In this document: piece after piece, positions 1 through 11,149 of the stretch
Layout: every line of letters begins with the position of its first letter
Position numbering within the stretch: the first letter of the stretch is position 1
Source: Phoronis australis
Lineage: Eukaryota; Animalia; Phoronida
DNA: 64,000 nt
Reading direction: 5' to 3'
Assembly: GCA_002633005.1 (NCBI GenBank)
Contig: NMRA01000057.1
Location: 1,148,595-1,212,594, forward strand
Translations under genes and position numbers: made by a program
Notes under the pieces: generated by a model
The model's input: only the letters and a program-made list of their open reading frames with translations
Database searches by the model: none
What the model was told of the DNA's origin: nothing

Positions 1-1119
1 TCAGCATTGATTGATGTAACTGTCACTGATAAACTTTTAGAAATCATTCCAAACAATAATAATGCTTTGATGTACGAAAAGATCCCGATTGCTACGTCAA
101 GTATCGTATCACATATCACAACATACAAAGATTAACCAGACTCTGGCTGGCGACTGACTGCCGCGAAGTCGACATCGGCGAGTGCCTCAGTTAACAGGCA
201 TCGGTAGAATAATCATGGAATAATCGTTAAAATAATCACAAACCTTACCTTTGTATGAGGTCGTGCTTACTTCCTCTCATAGAAGCACCCTTTTTACGCA
301 CTCTCAGATTTAGTTGGCACGGCTGCAAGCCATTTCACCATGTATTTAAAGGGCTCGCGAAATCGAGGCTGTTAATCTGTCACCACTAGTACACGCACGC
401 CCTCTAGTTAGTGTAGATTTTCCGAATAGCCCCATTGGTATGTCATTACGTGACGTAACTAAAATAGCTATTAAATGGTCACAAGTCTTGAAAAACCACA
501 ATAAGTGAGGGATAAAATGAGTTATACCTTAACTTATATTTATCCCATACGCGTTGAATCTGGCGAGTGCAATGCGGCCATGTAATAATTTTTCCGTATT
601 CACATCCCGTACATGTAGGTCAATGTCGACTCGACGTCGTTAGCGGGTTCGAACATTAAGCTTTCCGAATATACAGTGTGTAGTTTAAAGTATTACAGTT
701 GCAGTAGTCTTAATAACACTCGACATGCAATCAAGCCGGCCCTGAACGTAACATCTGGTACAAAACTGTTAATTATATGACACTTCTGTATAACTTTTCA
801 ATTATTAAATGTCATATTGTCTGCAACTCAGGCGCCGATTCCTCGGTAATAACTATATCAAACATTATTGTTATTTAACTATTTTCAGGAGATGTCACAA
901 AGTTCAATGAACAGTTACCGTTGTTTTCTTCTTTGTTATCTCTTTTCAAGTAGTAAAGCGCTTTTAAATTTAAAACTTACTTTTACTAGAGAAAACTTAC
1001 AACCTAACATGCAAGTACATACATATAAGATGTGATCCGCCACGTGAACAGTCTGAGTGAAGTATTCAAATACTCTGCCGAAAAAATGAAAGAAACATAG
1101 GAATTCGAAGCCTATGGGA

Positions 1120-1258
1120 TAAATACAAAACGTACCTCGATTGGCGTAGATGAGTAATATCCCACTCGACATTATTCGGCGTATATGTCGATACGCCGAA
1201 TAATGTCTCGTAGAATATTACTTCATCTACGCCACTATCGGTACGTTTTGTGTATTTA
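1120..1258. repeat. Long imperfect palindrome (hairpin)
   Basis: Perfect 17-bp stem 1168-1184/1191-1207 with a 6-nt loop, extended by tggcgtagatga/tcatctacgcca and caaaacgtacc/ggtacgttttg. Confidence 0.9.
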
Positions 1259-2475
1259 ATTTGCGCATTTATTCATTGTACGGTGTCATGTTTTTAACCG
1301 TGTAACCCCCTTTTGCATGTCACCACAGTACTCCTATATTTTATCAAATATAACATTCCAACACACTGCCTTCGGATCTTGATATCCCATGTCCCAGAAA
1401 TAAAATCCGCCGCGGTTTAGGTACACCTTTCCAAATCGTTTCCGGATAATTTTATGAAGCTGACAGACCAAGAATCTTCTGACATTTAACAGTAATCTTA
1501 AAAATAATTTACTTCTTTTAAGAAGTTTCGAAAATCATTTAAAATGGTTTTCAAAAGTTTGTATGCTATCGTTATTTAAAATATTTTTGTATAGTTCTAG
1601 ATATATGTTTGATAAGTTTGTTTTCTTTCCTTCAGATATTTATAGTTAGAATAGTTCCCGGTTAAATGATATTCTCTCGTAGCTTAAATTTAACTTTTTT
1701 TCTTGGGCTTTGAGTATTTTAGGTCCTTTTCCATACACTCAAGCTTCGATGTTACATGTAACTGTGGTTCACCCCGAAGTTGAGCGTGAGAGTTCACATC
1801 AACTTGGGAATTATAGTTCAGCGAACTTACATGTATCACAAGGTGGGCCAATGTGAAACACGTACAACGAGGTATATACAGTACATGTATAATTAATTTA
1901 TCTCGTTGGACTTGTATTCACGTACGTTTGTACGCCTTATTATTTTTGTTCTTGCCATCAAAAATGACAAGGACGTCCCCAACTCCCCACACAGACGCCA
2001 GGACGTCAACTTTGCAATGCAATTAACGCTTGCCAGGTTGAGATGATGAAGACTGACGGCACGTAACAGAAAATTGAGTCTCGTGATCCTTGAAAAGGCG
2101 GTATAACTTTTGGCGGGAACTCGTTTTGCGTACACCAAACATTCAATGTTTTTTATTACTTTAAGCAAAGAATCCAGCAAACACGTGGACAAATTGAAAC
2201 AAAATGCTTATACTGCCAAAATACAGCTCGCGAATGCAGTGACACTTACCGACAACTCCGATGGCGTCGAAGTTAAGTGTTCTCATTATACCGGAGCGTC
2301 GACGCATCGCTGTTAAAAACCCACCTCTTAACTCTGGAGTTAAGTAGCTCTGCTAAATTCGATAAAAGTCCAAATTCCCACCTACCGAAGTTTCAGTATT
2401 ACCGATTAACCTTTGGAGGTAATAGGAAAGGTCAATCTTAACGTATTGGCTTTTTCACAAAAAGTGGCACCGTTA

Positions 2476-2477
<2 letters not shown>

Positions 2478-2530
<53 letters not shown>
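2478..2530. repeat. (GT)n microsatellite
   Basis: Direct reading. Confidence 0.98.
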
Positions 2531-2533
<3 letters not shown>

Positions 2534-2956
2534 TTTGTGTGGTGCCCATCGTGTTTTCTATCAAAAGCCCGGAACATTAGGGAGTTCTGCACGATAGCCG
2601 GCCGATCATCCGCAGATGACGTACTAGCCAGCGATTGAGGAATAGGAAATTGTTAACTTTGCCACACTGTGCACAGGGTGTTAATTTCTTACGCCAAAGC
2701 TCCTGAAAACCTACTGATCGTCGCTCGACTGTCGCTTAACTATTTTAATCTATTCCTAGACGCTTACTGACCACCTGCATCGGCGTCTTAACCTTTATGA
2801 TTGTCTTAAAGATCGCAGCATGGTTTCCTTCATATATGAGGATCTGACTTCAGAATTTGAAAAATGTTCAACCGCTTAATTTTTTTTCATTACAGGTTGC
2901 TTGTAGTTTTGTGAAAAAATACAACTTAGTGCGCGCTTTCAAAGTGGAACATAAAA

Positions 2957-3247
2957 CAGTGGCGGATCTAGGATATCATAAAGGGGGCCCACACGATTGC
3001 ATGGGCCCACACAGTCTAACTATAGGTGGGCTCGGGTTTAAGAGGATGGACGACTAAAACAAAAAAAGAATAAAAAATAAACGGGAAACCGGGTATGCAA
3101 CTGTGCACATTGTTAAATTTTGTTTCAGCAACATTTTAATTACCGGGATTAGTTAATAAACTTAGTATTTCCTCACGGTCTTGTTTTATTTTTTCCAGTA
3201 GCCAAGAGAGGGTGGCCGGGACCCCTGCCCTCCTAAATCCACCTATG
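2957..3247. mobile_element. Non-autonomous DNA transposon (MITE) with CAG-type ends and 5-bp TSD
   Basis: Begins cagtggcggatctagg, ends cctaaatccacctatg, and is flanked on both sides by taaaa. Related ends occur at about 5131 and 21876. Confidence 0.75.
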
Positions 3248-3701
3248 TAAAATGTGTGACGTCTCTTCAGAGTCGAACGCCTGAATGTTAGAGCCAATGG
3301 ATTAAGGAAATGGCGGCAATAGTTGCATGAATACCAAGTTCTTATTAGTGATAACGGCTGCTATGCTGCCTACAAACGCGGCAATAACAAGTATGACTAA
3401 ACCTGGCCGACCAGTCGCGGCCAAAACTGTAAGTATTTTGTGAAAGTTTGGATTTTAGGACCGTTTAGACTTAGATTTTTGCAGTTCATGTTCCTTGCTT
3501 TTGGTAAGGATACTCTCGTGTAACGGTAAACAAAAACACAAATGTCTACTCCAAATTGTATTGTCGGGCTTTCTTAATCAAACTTTTTTGACGTAAATTA
3601 AATTTTGTTTACGCAGCATGTGTATTTTACGAAAATGAAGCAATGTTGTGGAACTATAAATCGGCGTCTTCTGTGAGTTGATGTGTTACTTCATGCAAGC
3701 A

Positions 3702-3727
3702 CTAACACCCGCTGGTATCGTTTACCT
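3702..3727 (-). CDS. Small secreted peptide gene, last coding exon (E)VNDTSGC*
   Basis: Strong acceptor ttttttctttccag. The phase-1 join with exon 4038-4200 gives GAG(E), then GTA AAC GAT ACC AGC GGG TGT TAG. Confidence 0.55.
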
Positions 3728-4037
3728 CTGGAAAGAAAAAATATTCTTATGAGTTGAAGTTTGGCTGGAATCAACCTGTCACCGTCGTGGGCTTTTCATT
3801 TAAGCTCGAGTGTATGTTCTTCAGTCATAAAATAGAGAGAATCCTTATCACAATAACGACAGGGTCATTTCTCAGGTCTAATTCAAGTTAAAAGAGAAAG
3901 GCTTTTCTGTCTAGTTAAAATATATTAATAGAAGTTGCGCCGATCGAAGGTGACCGAAAAGCTGATAGAGTAGACTTAAGAATACCTGCCAAGCAGTTCT
4001 TTCTAATAAAAATGCGTAAATGCACAGCATAGCGTAC

Positions 4038-4200
4038 CTGATAACGTAGCATTTACTTGTTCTGTGGTCTTAATCACTGTCTGCATAATTGCGTTGACAA
4101 GTTGTTGTAACAGATTGAAAACTGCGTCAGCACCTGATGGTAGGAAAACAACCACCATTGCTACCAACAAGGTAAAGTTCATCAAGGTCATTGTCGCCAT
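4038..4200 (-). CDS. Small secreted peptide gene, first coding exon (signal peptide plus amphipathic segment)
   Basis: Acceptor catttcag (exon starts at 4208) and Kozak-like cacaATGG. Translation is MATMTLMNFTLLVAMVVVFLPSGADA-VFNLLQQLVNAIMQTVIKTTEQVNATLS, with a hydrophobic core and an A-X-A cleavage motif. Donor G|gtacg. Confidence 0.7.
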
Positions 4201-5490
4201 TGTGAATTCTGAAATGTAGAACATGTGGGATGAACCGGAAATGAAGTAACGCCTGCAAATTACGGAACTAAGGAAGGCGGCACTGAACAGTTAATGAGGC
4301 TGCGGCCGTGGCCAATTTGCAATGCCGGGGAAATATTAAAATCTAGGGTAGGCCACGCTTGGGAGCGTTTTTAGGTAGGCATTGCATGTAGGCTCAGTGA
4401 ATGTGGTTTGTTTGTATTTTTGATCGTGTAGGTGCACTCTTCTTCAAGATGGCTACCCCTGTTGCAAGTCTGCATTAATTGGTGGATAGCGACTGAGATT
4501 GAAATTGGCAGCGATTTCAAGTAACCTCAAATAAGCCAGACTTACAAAAAAACTAGTTGGTTGACAGTACTTTTGGACCACATTTTTGGAGTCGATAGGA
4601 AATTTGGTTTCAGAATCTGTCGGCTTCAGTCGGGCATTGGCAGAGAAGCGTGGTGGTTTTAGCGGGGTGAAATGTGCCGATTTTTTTGTTGTATAGCCCC
4701 ACCCCCCGCCTTTTCCTTAGTCTAGCCTACGTTTCAACAGGAGTGAAAGGGTCATAAATACAAGGGAGAATAAAGTTTCTGTGATGCGAAACGACTCAAA
4801 ATTTTTCATTCTTTGCATACACTTTTTGAGAGAGTGAAAACGCTTGACTTGTGTTCTGATAGGCAAACCCCAGCGAGAACTGTTCTGTGTCCCAGAAGGT
4901 TCATCAAAACTTACCTCAAGCACCTTCTGCAGTCGAGAGTGAATATGTACTTGCATAAACACAGTAGATATTAGTGTCTATTACAGCGTTCACAGTGAAC
5001 GTTTTGCCCGGCTCAATGATCGTAAGTTAATAAAAAAACGAGCGTCGTAAGTTTGGTCTGAACCCTCGTTTACTACAAGATTGTATATTTACTGCGATAG
5101 CAAAGGCCTACTCAAAACATTGAATTAGCTCAGTGGCGGATCTAGGATAACATAAGGGGGACAACATTCGGGCCCTCCTACTAAAAAACAAAACGGCGAA
5201 CTAACAAAAAAACGGTAAACACTTGCGCAGGTCGGCTGCTTTGGGCACTTGCAATGGCGCCCGAGCCGTCAGCCGCATGTTAATGACCGGCGTTGCTTAT
5301 GAACTGAATATTTCCTCACGCTCTTCCTTTTTTATTTTTNCCCCCCCACTGCATGTCATTTTATGCGCCGGACATAATGACGTCAACTATCAATTCTTTG
5401 CAAATTCAGAATCACTGTATAGCCGCTTTGAATACATGCACTGAATGGTTTGAAAGAACACAACCGTGAAGGGAACATTGCAAATCTTAC

Positions 5491-5557
5491 CTTTCCCGCG
5501 TGAATCCAAAGCAAAGTTAATCAAATGAAAGTGGTGCCTAGATGTGAACTTTATATA
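5491..5557 (-). promoter_or_regulatory. TATA box, initiator and 36-nt non-coding first exon of the peptide gene
   Basis: TATATAAAG at 5557-5549, TCATTT initiator with A at 5526 (about 30 nt downstream), then donor AAG|gtaaga at 5490. Confidence 0.6.
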
Positions 5558-6537
5558 TCATTGTGGTTCCCAGTTACGTCAAATTATTGAAATCTTTTAT
5601 GAAAAGTAGATTACCATGACAATGCCCATCACATTTGCTACCATTGAGTTTGTGTTACGTAATTTTTTAGCACAAATGTGGATCATCTGCATAGTATTCA
5701 AAGGGACCTTCTCGGCGAGATAAGTAATTATACATTAACAATAACGCAGTACCGAGACCACTAATTTCGCAGTAGCTGGCAAACACTCTACCAACACCCC
5801 ACGCTTTAAAAATAGCAGTGTCCTAAAGGTGTTTAAATGATTAAGAGACCGGTCGTAGTTTCAGCGAATGTCTGACCGACATGCAACGGCGAGAATCAAC
5901 GATTGGTAACACAATCACAAAAAGCACAACGCAATTGGTTAAATTATAGCTCTGGTCAAAGTTAATAACTTCAAAATAGTACATCCCATTCAACGGTGAT
6001 CCTCAAATTACCTACTTTGTGGCCGCAAAACGATAATAAACTTTTACCAGAGCTAGAAAACAGCAAAATTTGTTGTTTCTATCATTTTACTACGAATCGC
6101 CGATTCCTTTGAGTTAGTACGCTTCAAGTCACAATTTTTGAAAATCGGGGAAGTGAGCTTAGTAGCCGATCAAAGCCGGTGAGAAAAAAGGTAACATCCC
6201 TAGCGCACATTGTATTTGGTAAAAAGAGACGGAAAGCAGAAGCACATACCTCTCTAGAACAAACCTTTGGGGACAAAATCGTGCAAGATGAACCATTTGC
6301 AGAAATGCCGAGCAGTCATGTGAGTTTGCAATCCTCTCCAGTTCTGCTAACATTTCAGTTACTTTAAGCGTAATCCATATTCTTAAGGCCAACAATGTTT
6401 CTATTTTTTACTGATTAACCGATTAAATTCTTCAACGAGTCTCAAAAGTTTTCATGGCCAGTCAGAACAAAACTCGCTTTTCCTAGATGACCGTTTTCGA
6501 AATCCCATATCATGACGCTGATACGTGATAACCTAAG

Positions 6538-8574
6538 CAGGCCCGTGGAAAGGCAAAAATTATTGGGGGAGGGGGCACAAACCATTTCGACTTCTCCAAA
6601 CAACAAATTCAGCTCCCGTGGATCACTGAGATTCTGCGCAGGCCCACTGCATGATTCATTTTCTTTTTAACGTGGGTACGTCAGTCATGACGTGCACGCG
6701 AATCAGGACAAGCAAGCAATTCAGTTTTGAAGAACTAAAATTCGTTGCTCAATACTACTGGAAACTAAGAACACCGAGGAAGTGCAAAAACAACCTTTCC
6801 AAGTAATGAGTTTAATTTTATTTACTTAAGAATTTTTAAAACGGTTCTTTATCTACGGTTAGTGAGTCCGAATTTCATCAATGTCTTTGAGAGTTATTTT
6901 AGATATGCAAAAATCGTCAAAAAGTGTACTTTACTATTCGGGGATGGGATTATAAAGTTTTTCCAACTTCAGGCTGCAATTAAATTCACTGAAACACCAT
7001 CAATTCTTACAAGATTAGCTTCTAATTGTCAAAAATCATCTATGAATCAATCGATTTTCGTAGATACATAAACAAGTAAATAAAAAACCAACGAATTCGT
7101 TTATCAAAACGGAATGTTATAAGCAATTTCTGCGTGCAGTTTGCAGATTTTTACGGGTAGTAACCGGGGGAACATGGAAGGTGGGGCATTCGTATTATGA
7201 TGTATTTCTGCTCATTTTTGAGGTACCTATAACGGTTCACAAAGTAAATTTGAACTCCACTGACAAAAAAACGCTGAAATCTTTGTTTATGATTGCGAGA
7301 GTTCTTTGAGTACCCTTTTTCGACATATGCACGGTCATCACAAAAAGTAGCCTAAACAGCAGTGTTTTCCATATGAAGGTATTCCTTACAAACAACTTGT
7401 AGTAACCATCTTCAAAAAAGAAATATTGTTATACTACGGGAAACAGTAACATTATTTTATAACTAACGATCGGAAATACTCCTTTTGTGTAATTCACAAA
7501 TAGTGGTGTTCACGTTCTTCAGTATTCCAACCTTTCGATGGCGGCAATCCTACTCACGGTATTTTTTCAAATTTTTGATTGTTTGGGTAGAATGGCTGTG
7601 CTGTGCACGAATGTTTTGTGTTTTTTTGATGAATATGGAATCTCAACTTCCATCATGAATATTTGGCAGTGTCGGATTTACATGTTTAAAGGGACAAAGG
7701 GACATTTCCCCCGAACTGCTCCACCGAGAGAGGGTGCCGTCTGAAATGGGACACCTTAAGGCTAAATATCATTGAGCTTGGAAAGAAAGTGTGACAGTGC
7801 ATTTCACCGCCATGTGGTCCCAAAACGAAGGAGGGAGTGGCCGGTTGCACGATTTCACAAAGACAGGAAAATAGAGGTAATCGATTCCAACATTGGGCCC
7901 TCTTTGCGTGAGCGGCTCCTTAAGAATTTGTTAATAAAAACACAAAAAGGGTGGCATCAATCATGGCCTCCTTCAAGGGCGCGGCCCCTAAATATGAAAA
8001 TATTTATACTGTCAAATATCAGGAAATACGCAGAATTGATGTCATCTGTAAGGTCATCAATTTTTCTCAAGTAGCACTTTCGAGAAAAAAAATGATGCGA
8101 AAGTTGTCTCCGTTATCCCTTGCCGGAAAGGGTCATCTGGAAAAATATAGCTTTGCATTTGCAAAAAATTAACGTACATGTATTGAATTTGAAAATCCAG
8201 TAAATTAGTACGCTCCGCAAAACCTTCACTTTACAAATTTTCTCGATTTTTCGAAATATATGTATGATTGATTTCGTGCACGTTTTCAAGTGCGTTTTGA
8301 CGACTTGTGCTGCAAAAGCAGAGACTCTAACGACAATGTCCTGACCAGGGTCCTCAAAAGGTAAACCATGCACTGATGAAGAGTTGTTATATTTTCGCTT
8401 GAAATTTTTCTTACCCGCATTTCGCAGTCTCGCTTTTCCCGACTGTCCCCGCCTATGTCGGTTGCCACGATCAATGAGCTATACCAGGTATAGCTCATTG
8501 CCACGATTTAAACCTGACGCCTGGAAATTTTTTTGGGGCCTGTTCCCCCCCCCCCTCGCTTCCTAAAGGTCCTG
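6538..8574. mobile_element. 2-kb non-autonomous DNA transposon with 5-bp TSD
   Basis: Imperfect TIRs caggcccgtggaa / ttcctaaaggtcctg with subterminal G and C runs. Flanked by ctaag at 6533-6537 and 8575-8579. Confidence 0.6.
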
Positions 8575-9196
8575 CTAAGCAGTTTTTTCAGTCTGTGGGG
8601 GGTAACTATTATAAGAGTAGAACATGGAGGGCAATTTGAGCTTGTGAGTTAGGCGGTACCAGAATTTCACATGCTTCAACAGCTAGAGAAGTCATAGGTC
8701 AATAGCCTCACAAATTTTCGTGAAAATAAAAACATCCGAATAACACATTTACATAAGAAAATTGAAAAAGCCCCTAGACACTGCAGCTGCTGCAGTGTTG
8801 TGAGAATCAATTCGTATAATTTAATTCATCTGAACGAGGTACAATTCCCTACATTGTACGCTGAGCGTGTTTCTTTGGCTAAGATTCTTGGGTAAGTTAA
8901 TTCTTGTTAGAGGTGCTAACACTTAATTTAGGTGCGTAACGTTCACTGATTTGGCCAACGATACACGAGACAATGACGGCAGTAATTATTCGCCCGTAGA
9001 TCAAAACTACTTTGCTTGCACTATTCGCTCAGAGGTCAACATTCCAACCTTGCCGAACAATCATTTCAGTGACCGCCCTTTTGTAAGTTCACACCATTAA
9101 GACTTTACGAAATACCTTTCTCACTAACGCGATCTTCAGTGTATGATATCACCAAACTCACAAGAAATTTACCCTGATACGCAGCAAAATGTAACA

Positions 9197-9510
9197 ATTT
9201 CGAAAAATGTAACAACTGTTACATTTTACGCCATTGTTCTACATTTTACGTTGCTAGGCTTCTCTGAAACGTAACTAAGTGTTACATTTCATGCAATTGT
9301 TACAATTCTGTTCGTCGAATGCACAAGTGAGAAATGCGGAAAATACTCGAGTACCCCCGTCGTGTCAGATGCCACTTGTTCGTGATTTCGGTCATTTGCT
9401 TTGTGATATGACGTTGGTTTCGGAAAATCTAACAATGGTGGTTTTCTTGCATGTGCATTCGACATATATTTTAACAAGTAGTTACGTTTAGTTGTTACAT
9501 TTTACGAAAT
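9197..9510. repeat. Inverted-repeat element with internal gttacatttt repeats (MITE-like)
   Basis: atttcgaaaaatgtaacaact and agttgttacattttacgaaat are complementary at 20 of 21 positions. Confidence 0.6.
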
Positions 9511-11149
9511 TACGGAGTATGAACGCACCCCTGGTAGTGGCTGAATGTAGCACTACCATGTTTGCTAGCGAATTAGTCGAATTAAAAATATATTCACCTA
9601 AATTTGTTCAAACGGGACTTTTTTCTTCATCCAAAAAGTTAGAATCTTCCGACCTTAGCTCAGGTACGTCTCTCACGTGCCATTCCAAGTGATACTTACA
9701 GGACTGTCCTGGGGTGTCTACCGCAAACGCAAGACACTCTTGAGTGAAGTTCTTATCACGCTTTGGCGACATCTCGTGAAGATCCACGTGATCTTGCTTT
9801 TCTCGTAACAAACATGATCTACGAAATGCATCCCAGATTCGTCCCTTGCCAGTGTAGCGAGTAGGTTGCGTAACAACGCCGCGTATGTACATGTACCTGA
9901 ACATGTAATACAGCTTTTGAAAACACATGTAAAGGCATGACAGGGTGGTTCATGAAATAAGTTTTCTTCAATTTAATTGTTTTCAAACAAATTTTTTCGA
10001 AGTAGAGACGGTATATTTTTTGACAAACTTTAGTTCAGTTGGCTGCATAGTCCTCAGTTTTCTACAAGTGTTGGAATTTACGCTGATTACGAATCAGAGC
10101 ATAACATGGTGATTTTTCGCTATCCTGAACGCTGCTGTAATGCCACCTGTGTACAGATGAATTCTATAACAACATGGAAATCCATTGGTAACAAATGGTC
10201 TCTCATTGTTAAGTACGTGCACTCTGTGTTGGGTGTTACCTCAAGCACGAAGTCTTAATTATAACTTGAGAGCACAGCTGCGTTAAGACTACTACATGAC
10301 ATCAAACGCTGAAGTTGGACTGCTTAGTTGAGATCCAATTGATTAAAGAGTTTCTTTGCGCTGGGGAAAAAGGTAAGAATTCTTTTGATCTTGTATCGGA
10401 TGTTAATTTAACGCATCAAGTGGAATAAGTGTGTAGGGAGGGGGGTTGCACCCAGATTTGGGACACCATGGCTGATTAAATTGCATTTAAAATTATCAGA
10501 TTCTATGAACTATGCACTGTTCTTGAAATTGTTCTTAGGAATTGCATAAATTGTTATGCATTATGATCATGAAAACCTCAAAGGTTGCTTGAAAAGCAAA
10601 ACGTTAATTTAAGAAAAATATTGTCGTTTTTAAATTCCATCTTAAATTTTTAAACTTAGTTTTTTCGTGTATTAAAACCGCTGACCCAAATTACAAATAA
10701 AAACACAACTGATGAATCAGTATACAAGAGTACCTATTTCATACATCGACAATAGAATCACGTCTTTCTTAAGTTTTTCATAAAATTGTACACAGATGTG
10801 TTCCCGTATAGCCTCGCAATTAGGCGTATGCGCCTATGTGCATATCACTGCGTTTTTCGCAAGATTTTTCACTCAAATGTCTCGCACATCGGTGCATGTG
10901 CCTAAGTTCCGGAATTTGGATCAGGCAGTGTTGCGGTTATTGACTCACCTTGAGTAATTTTGAAAAATGCACTAAATGCATTTTATTTCACACAGCGTGT
11001 GGCGTTAGTGACAGTACAGGAACAGTTAAGTTCTGAAAATACACAGTTTTAAAATTTAAAATCTTTACTGGCTTACGCATTAAGTAACATTTCGTTCATC
11101 TCATCTAAAAATACTTAACTGCTACAATGTTTTAACCGCAATCGAGTCT

